Below are positions 10,797 through 20,578 of a stretch of 64,000 nt of DNA, piece after piece; the first letter of the stretch is position 1, and each line of letters opens with the position of its first letter. The notes under the pieces are model-generated. The model saw nothing but the letters and a program-made list of their open reading frames with translations. It did not search any database and had not been told where the DNA came from. Origin of the DNA: Candidatus Krumholzibacteriota bacterium (GTDB taxonomy: Bacteria; Krumholzibacteriota; Krumholzibacteriia; JAJRXK01); contig CAVXTH010000005.1 in the NCBI GenBank assembly GCA_963764625.1, positions 416,001 to 480,000 on the forward strand, read 5' to 3'. A program made the position numbers and the translations under genes.

Positions 10797-11717
10797 TCAG
10801 TGATTCGCGCTGCCGTTCCAGCGCAGGCGAAGATAGAAGCTCAGGGTGGAAGGCGCGCTGGTGCCGGGAAGCGAAGAATTCCCCGCCATATAGCTCGTAC
10901 CCAGAATCAGACCCTCCCCCAGCGCCCGGTGCATGGTCAGTCCCCAGGCCAGGTAATCGCCCCGGTCGATTCCGTGCGCCCGGGTGTCCAGCATGAGCAA
11001 CACCCCGGCACGGCCCATGAAACCCAGAATTCTCAGCCTCTCGGCGCTGAGGGTCGCGAAGGGCCCGGTCGCACGTCCGTGAACGGGCAAGAACCCGTGC
11101 AGACCCAGGAGCATCGGAGCGACGTTGGATTCCACGCCCATGCTTCCCCAGCCCAACCGGGCTCGGTGGTGAAGCCCCTGGTGGCGCAGACTGAGGAGCT
11201 GAGAGGCGCCGCTATCGAGCAGATAACCGCTGGAGGACGCGGCGTAGGCCTGTGGATCGACGGTCGCGGCGGAGTTGCCGGCCAGACGGTTGTACTCCAA
11301 GCCCACCGGCAGATACGAGGGGGTCATCTTGAGGGCCAGTCCGTAGTCCGCGCGGCCGGGATCGAACTTCACGCTGAATCCGCGGCCGGGTGCGTTGAGG
11401 CTGGGAGCGTCCATCTGCACTTCGGCCTCAAGACCCAAACTGACCAGGCGCGGGGTCTGAGCCTCCAGGCTCAGGAGCGAAAATGGAGCTCCTTGGGATG
11501 GGCCACCGAACTCTCTCACCTGAGCCACGCTCGCTCCGAGACGCCAGCTGGAAAGCGCACTCGAGCGCGGCGCGGCGGACGGGCCTTCTGTCAGCGACTT
11601 GGCTTGGGCCCCGACAGGCACGAGCGTACAAATGCCGACGAGGCTTACGGTCCAAAAGACGCGATGAAGCTGGGCTGACAACGGCGGCCGCGAGCCGCCA
11701 AACCGAGATGGGAGCAT
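10797..11717 (-). CDS. Hypothetical exported protein (possible beta-barrel)
   Basis: Signal-peptide-like leader ending AQA and amphipathic C-terminal strand FYLRLRW. Fills the gap between neighbouring genes on the same strand. Confidence 0.5.
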   Translation of the reverse strand: MLPSRFGGSRPPLSAQLHRVFWTVSLVGICTLVPVGAQAKSLTEGPSAAPRSSALSSWRLGASVAQVREFGGPSQGAPFSLLSLEAQTPRLVSLGLEAEVQMDAPSLNAPGRGFSVKFDPGRADYGLALKMTPSYLPVGLEYNRLAGNSAATVDPQAYAASSSGYLLDSGASQLLSLRHQGLHHRARLGWGSMGVESNVAPMLLGLHGFLPVHGRATGPFATLSAERLRILGFMGRAGVLLMLDTRAHGIDRGDYLAWGLTMHRALGEGLILGTSYMAGNSSLPGTSAPSTLSFYLRLRWNGSANH

Positions 11718-11762
11718 CTTTCCTGCCGTTTGAGGTGAGAACCGGTCGCAGGATTATAGCAC

Positions 11763-11790
11763 AAGCCCGCCCCCCAAGGGGAGCGGGCTT
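11763..11790 (-). terminator. Intrinsic terminator-like hairpin
   Basis: AAGCCCGC-CCCCC-AA-GGGGA-GCGGGCTT, just downstream of 11826..12431. The U-tract is weak. Confidence 0.55.
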
Positions 11791-11825
11791 TGCCAACTCT
11801 TGAACTCCGGTTGCTTGGAGACGGA

Positions 11826-12431
11826 CTACTCGCCGGAGCGCGCCTCGACCTTCTCGGGCGTCTTCTCCATCTTGTCCGACTTCGGCTGGGCGTGGGTGGC
11901 GGCGGCCACTTCGTAGTTCTTGGCGAAGCCATCCAGCAGGGCGCCGTCATCGCTGGTGGCGATGAACTCCACTCCGTCGTCGATGCTCTTCATCTGCAGC
12001 TTGCAGTTTTGCGCGGTGACCATCTTCTGCGCCAAGGGGCAGGAGAAGTCCGCGACCTCGCCGTTGGCCTGGGAGTGCAGCATGGTAACGGCATCGGTGG
12101 TGTGACCGTGGTAGCGGATGACCAACTCCTTGGGCGAAACCCGCTCGGTATCGAAGGACACGGTTCCCTTTCCGGTGCAGGCCCCAGCGCCCATGCAGGC
12201 GGAGGCGGTCTCAGCCTTCGCGCTCATGGGGCAGGCGGAAGCGGCGGTGGCATTCGTGCCCTTCTGGCAGGTGGTGGAAGCGGTGGTGGCCTTCGCACCC
12301 TTCATACAACAAGAGGCACTCGCGGTGGTCGCCTTGGCCCCATTCTTGTCGCAGGCGAGGGCGCCGGCGGCGAGCATCGTCATGAAGCTCAGGACAACGA
12401 GAGCGACGATCGGGAGTCGGGATGAGCGCAT
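11826..12431 (-). CDS. Secreted Cys/Ala-rich repeat protein
   Basis: AAGGAG RBS and signal peptide, then repeated C-x-K-G-A-K-A-T-T-A-S-like units and a small globular C-terminal domain. Confidence 0.75.
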   Translation of the reverse strand: MRSSRLPIVALVVLSFMTMLAAGALACDKNGAKATTASASCCMKGAKATTASTTCQKGTNATAASACPMSAKAETASACMGAGACTGKGTVSFDTERVSPKELVIRYHGHTTDAVTMLHSQANGEVADFSCPLAQKMVTAQNCKLQMKSIDDGVEFIATSDDGALLDGFAKNYEVAAATHAQPKSDKMEKTPEKVEARSGE

Positions 12432-12605
12432 GGTCTGGGTCTCCTTGCCGGGGATGATTGCGAGTTGGAACGCGGATGGGCAGAGCGGCCTCGCCCGAGG
12501 GGATCGCGTTCAATGTAGTGAAATTGGTACGAGCATTCCACGAGTCTGTTCCCCGCCCGCGGCCATTTCGCGGGAACCAAACGCCAAGCTCGACGCCAAG
12601 CTATT

Positions 12606-13409
12606 TTACGATAGAGGGTTAGAGGGATCCGCCGGGCTAGGGCTCGCCGCGCTGTCACCCGGCCCCGGCGGGGCCTTTTCATCCCTGCTTCGGCGTGCCA
12701 CCACCAGGTGAGCCACGCCCAGGGTTTGCCGGCGCACCAGTTGGGGAGCGGAAAAGCCGGCGCGGTCAAGCGCGTTCGCGAATTCCGGGACCGTCAAAAA
12801 ACGCGCCATGGAACGGGGCAGGTAGGAGTAGGCGCTCTCGCTCTTGCCCACCACTTTTCCCACGAGAGGAACGACTCGCTCCAGATACAACTCCAGGGGT
12901 GCGCGCGCCCACGCGCGGGTGGGGCGGAAGAATTCCAACACCAGCAACTGGCCCTCGGGACGCAACACGCGCGCCAGCTCCTGAAGGCCGCGCTGGAGCT
13001 CCCCGAGATTACGGAGACCAAACGCCACCATGACCGCGTCGAAAGAGGCGTCGGGCAGGGGCAAGCGCTGCGTGTCCGCGGCTACGATCTCGCATTCCTT
13101 TGCCAGATCGTTGTCGCTCTGTCCGGCCTGGAGCATGGGCAGACAGAAATCCATCGCCAGATGACGACGGCCCTTCCCCATGGCCTTGGCGGTGAGGAGC
13201 AGCTCGCCGGTCCCACTGCACACGTCCAGGAGATCGCGCGCTGAGAGATCGATTTCCCGGGCCAGATCGCGCCGCCAGACCGCGTCTCGGCCCAAGCTGA
13301 GAATGCCGTTCATGCGGTCATAGACACGGGCGATTCCGGCGAACATCTCCTGGATCGTCCGATCGTGCCCCCGCGGGTCCTGACGCGTGGTATTCTGATA
13401 GTGGCCCAT
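12606..13409 (-). CDS. menG: Demethylmenaquinone/ubiquinone methyltransferase (UbiE/MenG)
   Basis: MFAGIARVYDRMNGILSLGRDAVWR, LDVCSGTG, AFGLRN, AYSYLP.S. Confidence 0.88.
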   Translation of the reverse strand: MGHYQNTTRQDPRGHDRTIQEMFAGIARVYDRMNGILSLGRDAVWRRDLAREIDLSARDLLDVCSGTGELLLTAKAMGKGRRHLAMDFCLPMLQAGQSDNDLAKECEIVAADTQRLPLPDASFDAVMVAFGLRNLGELQRGLQELARVLRPEGQLLVLEFFRPTRAWARAPLELYLERVVPLVGKVVGKSESAYSYLPRSMARFLTVPEFANALDRAGFSAPQLVRRQTLGVAHLVVARRSRDEKAPPGPGDSAASPSPADPSNPLS

Positions 13410-13549
13410 TTTGCTCGTTTCCACCCCGATCCTGGAAAGATCTGGATAGGGCAAGACGGAGACTGGCGCCAGAGTGGAGCTCTCCCCTAAGATGGCCGGC
13501 GCTGGCGAAGAAGCCAGCGTGGCCCACATGTTGCCTCCTGAGCCCGATC

Positions 13550-14470
13550 ATGGTCGATGAAATCGAAATTTTGCCCGCGCCGCCCGTGCGCAACCGCCGC
13601 CACCACCTGGCGGGCCTGGGAATCCTGGCGGCCAACTTGGTGCGCCATCGCATCCAGGGCTATCGCACGCCCCGACCTAAGCCTCTGACCGATCCCAACG
13701 CCGCCTACCGCTACGCGAGGTCGGTGGTTTCCAATTGGCTCCTGCACCTGAACCGCTACTTGCGGCATCCGGTCGAGCTGGTGGGCAAGAGTGCGCTCGA
13801 ACTGGGTCCGGGGCCCGACCTGGGCACCGGACTGGTGCTCTTGGGAAAAGGTCTGGCTTGCTACCGCTCCATCGACGTCCATCCCCTGCTCGCGCGCGCC
13901 CCCAAGAAGCTCCATCTGGGTCTGGCCGAGCGCGTGGCCCAGGAGAGCCCGGTTGCGTTGGAACAACTCGTCGAGGCTCTGGACAATGGAATGGAAGGCC
14001 CTCTGGGCTACGTTTACGACTCGAAGCTCGACCTGGAGGTCTTCGGCGCCTCGAGTTTCGACCTTTTTCTCAGCCACGCGGTTTTCGAACACCTTTCCAA
14101 AGTGGATTCCGTCATTGCTGATCTCAGTCGCGTGGCGCGGCCCGGTGCACTCCTGGTGGCGGAGATCGATCTGCAGACGCACACGCGGTGGATCCGTGAC
14201 GTCGATCCGCTGAACATCTATCGCTACCAGAACGCCACCTATCGTTCCCTGCGATTTTCGGGTACCCCCAATCGTGTGCGTCCCGATGAGTACATGCATC
14301 TGTTGATGCAAAATGGTTGGAAAGAAGTCCGCTTCTTTCCGCGGAGAGTTCTCCCCCCGGAATACATCGAGCGGGTGGAGCCGACCCTGGCCAGGAGATT
14401 CCGTGGAGATCTCGAACACCTCGGGTGGCTCAGCGTGGTGCTCTGCGCACGCTACGGCGGAGGAGCGTGA
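13550..14470 (+). CDS. Class I SAM-dependent methyltransferase
   Basis: ALELGPG motif I, FDLFLSHAVFEHL, ARPGA. Confidence 0.8.
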   Translation: MVDEIEILPAPPVRNRRHHLAGLGILAANLVRHRIQGYRTPRPKPLTDPNAAYRYARSVVSNWLLHLNRYLRHPVELVGKSALELGPGPDLGTGLVLLGKGLACYRSIDVHPLLARAPKKLHLGLAERVAQESPVALEQLVEALDNGMEGPLGYVYDSKLDLEVFGASSFDLFLSHAVFEHLSKVDSVIADLSRVARPGALLVAEIDLQTHTRWIRDVDPLNIYRYQNATYRSLRFSGTPNRVRPDEYMHLLMQNGWKEVRFFPRRVLPPEYIERVEPTLARRFRGDLEHLGWLSVVLCARYGGGA

Positions 14471-15789
14471 TCGTGGAGAATTCGCGCACTCGTACGATTC
14501 CCTCGTGGGTGTTCTTTAGCGGGCTCGTGGCTCTGTCGTTCGCGTTCTACTGGCGCATCCTCGACAATCCGTTCTGGGACCCCGAGGACTTCAATTTTCT
14601 GCACACAGCCATCCTGAACGCGGGGAACCTCTCGCGGCTGTTCGCGGCCAACGCGGCCGAGCGCTTTCATCCCTTGCCGTTGGTGTTCTTCCAGCTCGAA
14701 TACCGCATCTTCGGTCTGAACCCCGCCGGCTACTACGCGGTGAATCTGCTGATTCACGCCCTCAACGCGATTCTGGTGTATCTCTTGGTGATGGTCCTCT
14801 TGGGCGACAAGCGCATCGCGCGGCTGGCGAGCGTGTTCTTCGTGCTGGGAGTGGGAAGCTACGGCAAGGCGATCATGTTCGTGGCGGGCATCGAGAATCT
14901 CATCATCACCTCGCTCTATCTTCTCATCCTCAATCTCTACATCCGCAACGACCTGAATGAGAGGGGGCGCGTGCTCTCCCCGCGCTACGCGGTAATCCTC
15001 GTGCTCTTTCTCATGGCGAGCTACGCCCGGCCCACTGCGTTCAGCCTGGTCTTGGGACTCTTGGCCTACAAGCTCTTCTTTCGAACCGCGCGCGGGCCGG
15101 ATCGAAAGCTGTTGGAACTCAACCTGGTCATTCTCGTGGCCGGGGCGGTGTTGTTCTGGGTCTTCCGTGAACTCTCAGGGGTGAGCGACTTCAGTCACGA
15201 GCTCGCCGGCGCCAAACCCTGGACATTCACCGTGCGCTTCGTGGGGAACATGGTGAATTACATCATTCACATGTTCTTTCCCCTCCACCTGAGTCACCTG
15301 GTGACCATGGGAAACCCGGTGGTTCGGGGCCTGTACGATGCGGCGCCGGTCATTCGGTGGTTCATCGGTCTGAGTATTCTCTCCTACGGATTCTTCGGCT
15401 TCGTCTTCGGCAATCGCGCCCTGCGCTTCTTCATCGCCTGGACTTTCATTTCGGCCCTGCCGTTTTGCGCGTTGAGCTTCCCGGAGGACTGGCTGAACAT
15501 TCGTTACCTCTATCAGGTCTCGATCGGCTTCAACTTCATTCTGGCTTCAGGAACCATCTACACCATGGACTTGCTCCATCGGCGCCGCTATCGGCGGTTC
15601 ATTCCCTGTGCCGCGCCTTTGGTCTTCATCCTGCTCTCGGGATACATCATGACCAAGCTCGATCAGAAGTACGAGCGGGAGCGGCGGGATCCCCGCGTGC
15701 GCGTGATGTTGCGTGAAGTGCAAGAGCAAAGAGCGGAGACCACTCTCAAGACGAGGGAAGCGGAACCCTCAACAACTTCAGACCATTGA
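14467..15789 (+). CDS. Polytopic membrane protein, GT-C (TMTC/PMT-like) glycosyltransferase-like
   Basis: First TM followed by acidic WDPED, then HPL...YRIFGLNPAGYYAVNLLIH. Late RYLY motif and about 11 TM segments. GTG start overlaps the upstream TGA. Confidence 0.7.
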   Translation: MIVENSRTRTIPSWVFFSGLVALSFAFYWRILDNPFWDPEDFNFLHTAILNAGNLSRLFAANAAERFHPLPLVFFQLEYRIFGLNPAGYYAVNLLIHALNAILVYLLVMVLLGDKRIARLASVFFVLGVGSYGKAIMFVAGIENLIITSLYLLILNLYIRNDLNERGRVLSPRYAVILVLFLMASYARPTAFSLVLGLLAYKLFFRTARGPDRKLLELNLVILVAGAVLFWVFRELSGVSDFSHELAGAKPWTFTVRFVGNMVNYIIHMFFPLHLSHLVTMGNPVVRGLYDAAPVIRWFIGLSILSYGFFGFVFGNRALRFFIAWTFISALPFCALSFPEDWLNIRYLYQVSIGFNFILASGTIYTMDLLHRRRYRRFIPCAAPLVFILLSGYIMTKLDQKYERERRDPRVRVMLREVQEQRAETTLKTREAEPSTTSDH

Positions 15790-17377
15790 AGCGCCACAGG
15801 GGCATGTGTAGCCCGGTGAGAAGCAACTCGTCGGGATCTTGTTCCACGATGGTGAAGGGATGATGGTCCCCATAGAGCACGAGCTGCACCGGACCGAAGG
15901 AGGTAAGGCGCGCCTCCTTCTCTCGGGGAAGCCAGGACACCTGCACCGCGCAGCGGGACGAGGGGTAGATGATCTTGAGAAGGGCCGCGGCGTGGGGGTC
16001 GGAATCCCGGTCTCGTAGAAGCTTCGTCCAGGCTCGCAGAGAGAAGTCGCTCAGACAGGACGCGGAACGAACCCGGCCGAAGCGCAGATAGGGGTAGTCC
16101 ACCCGGAAGGGAATCCCCGCCACGAGCTGGGGACCTTCGAAGAATTCCTCGGGCAATTCCACCACCACTTGCCGCCAGACTGTCATCTGCCGGGAAACTT
16201 CGTGCCATTCGTAATAGGGAACGAAGAGCGGAGAGACCAGCCACGCTGGCCACATGCACAAAAGACCCAAGAGCACCAGAGGCACGCGCACCGTCCAGCG
16301 CTTTCCCCACGGCGGCCGGGAAATGAACGCGGTGAGGATGGCGCTCATGCCCGCAAGCGGAGCATACAGGTACCAGGCGGAGAGGCCCTTTGCCAGCGCC
16401 GCCGGCGCAAGCAGAAGGAAGGTCCAACTCAAGCCGAAGCACAGCAACCGACGGGTGGCGTCCACCTTTCTTTCTTGGGGCACGCAGTTCGGCGGCTCGG
16501 CCGATGCGCCGCGAGACCGCCGGTCCCAGAGCACGGCCAGGACCGCGAGCAAGAGCAAGAGACTCACCCCGATCCTGACTCCCCACACCCCCGCCAACCG
16601 CACTGGATCGACGAGATCACCCAACCCGGCCCGCAGCGGCGCGATCTGAAGAGTCCAGTGGCCGTAACCGCCGAGCCCTTGCAGGACCAGGGTGCGGGCC
16701 AGCAGTGCGGGAAGAACCAGGATTCCGCCGACAACGAGTGCGCGGCGGCGCTCTTTAGGCCCGGCCAACGCGAGCAGAAGAAGCGGCAGGACCATGCCGG
16801 TCTCCTTGCTCAAGGGGGCCAAGAGTCCGGCGACAATCAGAAGCGCCCGAGCGCCACGGCGACCACGTTGCCGCTCCACCCAGGCCAGGCACGCAAGGAG
16901 CAATAGAAAGACCACCCAGAGATCGGCGCGGCGCGCCACCGCGGGTACGACTTCGACTCCCAGGGGATGCACCGCGAACCACACCCCGCCCAGAAGTGCA
17001 CCCCATCCCGGAGCGCCCAGTGCGAGTAGAAGCAGAAAGAGCGTCGTGGCCCCCGCGGCATGAAGCATGAGATCGGACAGGTGGAACCAGCGCGCGGTGA
17101 GCCCGTGCACCAGATAGTCCATTCCGAAACTCAAACCGGTCCAGGGCCGGTAAAAACTTACCTCCGGCTGGATGTGGTCGCGGACTTCGTGCGCGAAACA
17201 GGCGAGTGGGCCAACTGGTGCCTCGAATCGATTCGCCTCGATGAGGGGCCCACTGTCCAAACCCGTGAAGTCGAGGGGAAGAATCCAATGGTAGGCGCCC
17301 ACCGCCAGGGCGAAGACGAACAGAGCGGCGAAGCGAAGGCTCCGCGCCGACTCGTGAGAAGAGACGGTCTGGTCCAT
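15746..17377 (-). CDS. Polytopic membrane protein, GT-C (TMTC-like) glycosyltransferase-like
   Basis: FYRP, HP..VEVV...ARRAD, SKETG and WYLY motifs typical of the DUF1736/TMTC-like membrane domain. Start could be 17440. Confidence 0.7.
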   Translation of the reverse strand: MDQTVSSHESARSLRFAALFVFALAVGAYHWILPLDFTGLDSGPLIEANRFEAPVGPLACFAHEVRDHIQPEVSFYRPWTGLSFGMDYLVHGLTARWFHLSDLMLHAAGATTLFLLLLALGAPGWGALLGGVWFAVHPLGVEVVPAVARRADLWVVFLLLLACLAWVERQRGRRGARALLIVAGLLAPLSKETGMVLPLLLLALAGPKERRRALVVGGILVLPALLARTLVLQGLGGYGHWTLQIAPLRAGLGDLVDPVRLAGVWGVRIGVSLLLLLAVLAVLWDRRSRGASAEPPNCVPQERKVDATRRLLCFGLSWTFLLLAPAALAKGLSAWYLYAPLAGMSAILTAFISRPPWGKRWTVRVPLVLLGLLCMWPAWLVSPLFVPYYEWHEVSRQMTVWRQVVVELPEEFFEGPQLVAGIPFRVDYPYLRFGRVRSASCLSDFSLRAWTKLLRDRDSDPHAAALLKIIYPSSRCAVQVSWLPREKEARLTSFGPVQLVLYGDHHPFTIVEQDPDELLLTGLHMPLWRFNGLKLLRVPLPSS

Positions 17378-17475
17378 GGCCCAATGGTGGAACAAGCCGA
17401 CCGATTGGTCACGCTCGAATCCAGAGGGCGCTTCCGCCATAGCCCTGCTGGAGTTCTGCGGCTATGTTCCATGCC

Positions 17476-20247
17476 ATGACTACCGCCATCGCGCCAAAGA
17501 TCGAAGAGATCGTCCTCGCCAACGGTCTGCGCATCTTCGTTCTCCCCCAGGAGTTCACCTCCACCTTCGCGGGGTATTACCACTTCGACGTCGGAAGCGC
17601 GCACGATCCCGCCGGACGTTCGGGCATCGCCCACCTCCTGGAGCACATGATGTTCAAGGGAACCAGGCGCATCGGCACCGAGAGGGCGAACGAGTACAGC
17701 GAGCTGGTGACCCGGGCCGGTGGCCAGGGCATGAACGCCACCACCAGCTACGACATGACCCGCTACTACTTGCAGCTGCCCTCCCACCAGCTCGAACTGT
17801 GGTTTTCCTTGGAGGCGCAGCGGCTGCAAGAACCCGTCTTCCGCGAATTCGAGCCCGAGAGGGAAGTCGTGCTCGAGGAACGGCGGCTGCGGATCGAGAA
17901 CCAGGCCGAGGGAATGGCCTTCGAGCGGCATCGCCAGCTCCTCTATCCCAACCATCCCTACGGGGTGCCGGTGATCGGCTGGCCGGAAGACATTCGAGCC
18001 CTGCAGAAAGAAGACGCGCAGGAGTACTTCCACACCTGGTACTCGCCCACCAATTGCACCATGGTGCTGGTCGGCGACCTCGATCCTCAACGAGTGAAGA
18101 CCTTGGCGCAGAAATACCTCGCCTCCTGGCAAGCCCAAGATCTTCCCGCACGCACTCCACGGCCGGTGGAAGACGTCGCTTCTATCCGCCGGGATAAAGT
18201 GGAATTCGATGCGATGGGACATTTGCGGATGGCCTGGCTCACGGTTCCTCAGTCCCATCCAGATCACGACACATTCTCGCTGCTTTCGGCCATCCTGGGC
18301 GAGCTGAACTCTTCGCGCCTCACCCAACGCCTGGTACAGGAGAGTGAAAAGGCGGCCGCGGTGATCTCCTTCGCCTATGGGCAACACGAGAGCGGCAGTT
18401 TCAACATCATCGCCCGCCCGGGCGCGAAGAGCTCCCTGCGCGAACTCGAAGACGAGATCCTGGTTGTCCTGCAGGAGCTCATTCACAACGGGGTGAAGGA
18501 GGACGAGCTCGAGCGCGCGCGGATTTCCCTCGAAGCCCAGCGAACCCAGAGGCTCTATTCGAAGCTCTCTTTGGCCATGGACATCGGGGCCGAGGTCGCC
18601 CTCACCCAGGATCCGGCTCACCTCGATACCTATGAAGAGAGACTCGAGGCGATTACGCCGGAACAGGTGCTCGAAGTGGCCCAGCGTTGGCTCGTGCCCG
18701 AGCATCGCTGCGTGGTCGAACTCGAGCGGGCCGCGGGTCAGGGCAGTGCAACAAATCCCTCGATTTCAACCCAGGCGGGAGAAAGCGGTCAGCACCAGCG
18801 CGAGGTCGAGCCCAGTCGCAGAGGAGCTCCTCACTCGGAAGGCTTCGAGGAGATGCTGGCTCTCATCGACGCCGCACCCCCGGCGGACTTCCACGTGCCC
18901 ACCGTGGGACGCGACGTCCGGCGTGAGGTGCTTTCCACCGGCACCACTCTCTTTCTGAAGGAAGACCACGATCTGCCCGGGGTCAGTCTGAACGCCCACT
19001 TCACGGGGGGAAGCAACTCGGTTCCCCTGAACACCCTGTCTGCTTACACCCTGTCCGGCGCGCTCTGGCAGGAAGGCGGAACCGACGCGTTGAATCCCAA
19101 CGAGCTGGAGCGCACCAAGGAAGGGCTGGGCGTGAGCATGAACCTGCGTCCCGGGCCGACCGGGTGGCAGCTCTCGCTCTGGACCCTCTCGCGGAATCTG
19201 GACGCGGCCCTCTTGCTCTTGCGCTCGATGTTGCGCGAGCCCAGGCTCGATGCCGCCCGCCTGAGCCTTCTCGCCACCAAGCAGATCGAGATCATGCGAC
19301 GGAGAGCGGATTACCCTTCGTGGGCCATCGCCTTCCTGGGACAAAAAGTTCTGTACGGCGATCACCCGCGCTTAGGGTACCAACCCACCAGAGCGGAGAT
19401 CGAGAGCCTACGTCCGGAGGACATCGCCCAGGTGCTGGCGCGTCACCTCGGTCCCTCCAACTTCTACCTGACCGCGGTGGGGGACTTTTCGTCCAACTCC
19501 ATGGCCGAGAGTGTGAACCGGCAGCTCACGGGTTGGGCCGAAGCCTCCGATCCGCGGCGCGTTTGGCTGGAACGCAAGCCCGCGCGCAATCCGGGCATCC
19601 ACATCCTGGCCAAGGAACTGGCCCAGCCCGCGGTTCGTTTTCTGCAGGAAGTGGCGGTCGACCGGAGCCGTGACGACGCCGAGCACGCGGCCTTGGAAAT
19701 CCTCAATCGCCTGCTGGGAGGTAGCGGCTTTCGCAGCCGGCTCATGGAACGCCTTCGCAGCGAGGAGGGCCTGACTTACGGGGTCTCCTCTTCCATGGCC
19801 CACGACTATCGCCCCGGGGTTCCGGGGCTGTGGGCGATTTCCTTCCAAACAAGGCGGGATGCCGTCGCACGCGCGGTGGAAATCGTGGAGGAAGAATGTC
19901 GGCGCCTGCGGGAGGATCTGCCCTCGGACGACGAGGTCCACGAACAGATCCAGGCCTGGCGCAACAGCTTCCTCTTCCGCTTCGAGAACGAAGCCCAGGC
20001 CGTGACGAGGCTCATGAATCACGAGCTCGATGACCGCCCCTACGAGCGCGATCTCGAGGTGCTCTCGGAAATCGAGCGCGTGCGCCCGACGCAAGTCCGC
20101 GAGGCGGCGCGCCGCTGGCTCAACCCGGAGAACTTCTCCATCGCGATCTTCGGCAGCCCGAGCGAGGGCGAAACAAAGGCCCTGGGGGTCAAGCATCCGC
20201 TGAAATTCTGGGAGCGGGAGGACGTGCTGGGGGGCGGCTACGACTGA
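17476..20247 (+). CDS. M16 family zinc protease (insulinase), fused two-half type
   Basis: Inverted Zn motif HLLEH, NATTSYD, EREVVLEER, HPYG.PVIG. Second half has SRL..RLR..EGLTY. Confidence 0.92.
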   Translation: MTTAIAPKIEEIVLANGLRIFVLPQEFTSTFAGYYHFDVGSAHDPAGRSGIAHLLEHMMFKGTRRIGTERANEYSELVTRAGGQGMNATTSYDMTRYYLQLPSHQLELWFSLEAQRLQEPVFREFEPEREVVLEERRLRIENQAEGMAFERHRQLLYPNHPYGVPVIGWPEDIRALQKEDAQEYFHTWYSPTNCTMVLVGDLDPQRVKTLAQKYLASWQAQDLPARTPRPVEDVASIRRDKVEFDAMGHLRMAWLTVPQSHPDHDTFSLLSAILGELNSSRLTQRLVQESEKAAAVISFAYGQHESGSFNIIARPGAKSSLRELEDEILVVLQELIHNGVKEDELERARISLEAQRTQRLYSKLSLAMDIGAEVALTQDPAHLDTYEERLEAITPEQVLEVAQRWLVPEHRCVVELERAAGQGSATNPSISTQAGESGQHQREVEPSRRGAPHSEGFEEMLALIDAAPPADFHVPTVGRDVRREVLSTGTTLFLKEDHDLPGVSLNAHFTGGSNSVPLNTLSAYTLSGALWQEGGTDALNPNELERTKEGLGVSMNLRPGPTGWQLSLWTLSRNLDAALLLLRSMLREPRLDAARLSLLATKQIEIMRRRADYPSWAIAFLGQKVLYGDHPRLGYQPTRAEIESLRPEDIAQVLARHLGPSNFYLTAVGDFSSNSMAESVNRQLTGWAEASDPRRVWLERKPARNPGIHILAKELAQPAVRFLQEVAVDRSRDDAEHAALEILNRLLGGSGFRSRLMERLRSEEGLTYGVSSSMAHDYRPGVPGLWAISFQTRRDAVARAVEIVEEECRRLREDLPSDDEVHEQIQAWRNSFLFRFENEAQAVTRLMNHELDDRPYERDLEVLSEIERVRPTQVREAARRWLNPENFSIAIFGSPSEGETKALGVKHPLKFWEREDVLGGGYD

Positions 20248-20325
20248 GCGCGCCAGGCGAAACGGTAGGACTTTTAAAGATTGGTCGCGACCGCGCGCTC
20301 TCCAAAGGAAATCTCGCCCTTCCTC

Positions 20326-20370
20326 CGACCGAATGTCAGTCCGAAACTCCCCGTTCTTGACAAAATGTCC
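20326..20370. promoter_or_regulatory. Pair of GACA-N3-TGTC palindromic operator-like sites
   Basis: CGACCGAATGTCA (20326-20338, one mismatch) and TGACAAAATGTCC (20358-20370), 32 bp apart, upstream of the sigma factor gene. Confidence 0.65.
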
Positions 20371-20578
20371 AAATATGCCGCTCGCGAGTTTGATTCTGAA
20401 TTCAGACCCAAGATTCTAATTCTTTTTATTTCAACGAGTTACAACTCAAGAAATGGGGCTGGATTTTGGCTCATTCTCGGCGCGGGAATTGATGATGCAT
20501 CCAGATGAAACCGCGGGATTCTTTCCCACCGTAAGGCTTGCCCCATGGGACCGCGGTTACTCAGCGAGAGGAAGTACT

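Noticed and set aside
12581-12602. Direct repeat ACGCCAAGCT x2
   Set aside because: Only two short copies and no recurrence noticed elsewhere.
20357-20362. TTGACA as a sigma-70 -35 box (also at 40199 and 59817)
   Set aside because: No -10 hexamer at 16-18 nt in any of the three cases. Better explained as half of the GACA-N3-TGTC palindrome.
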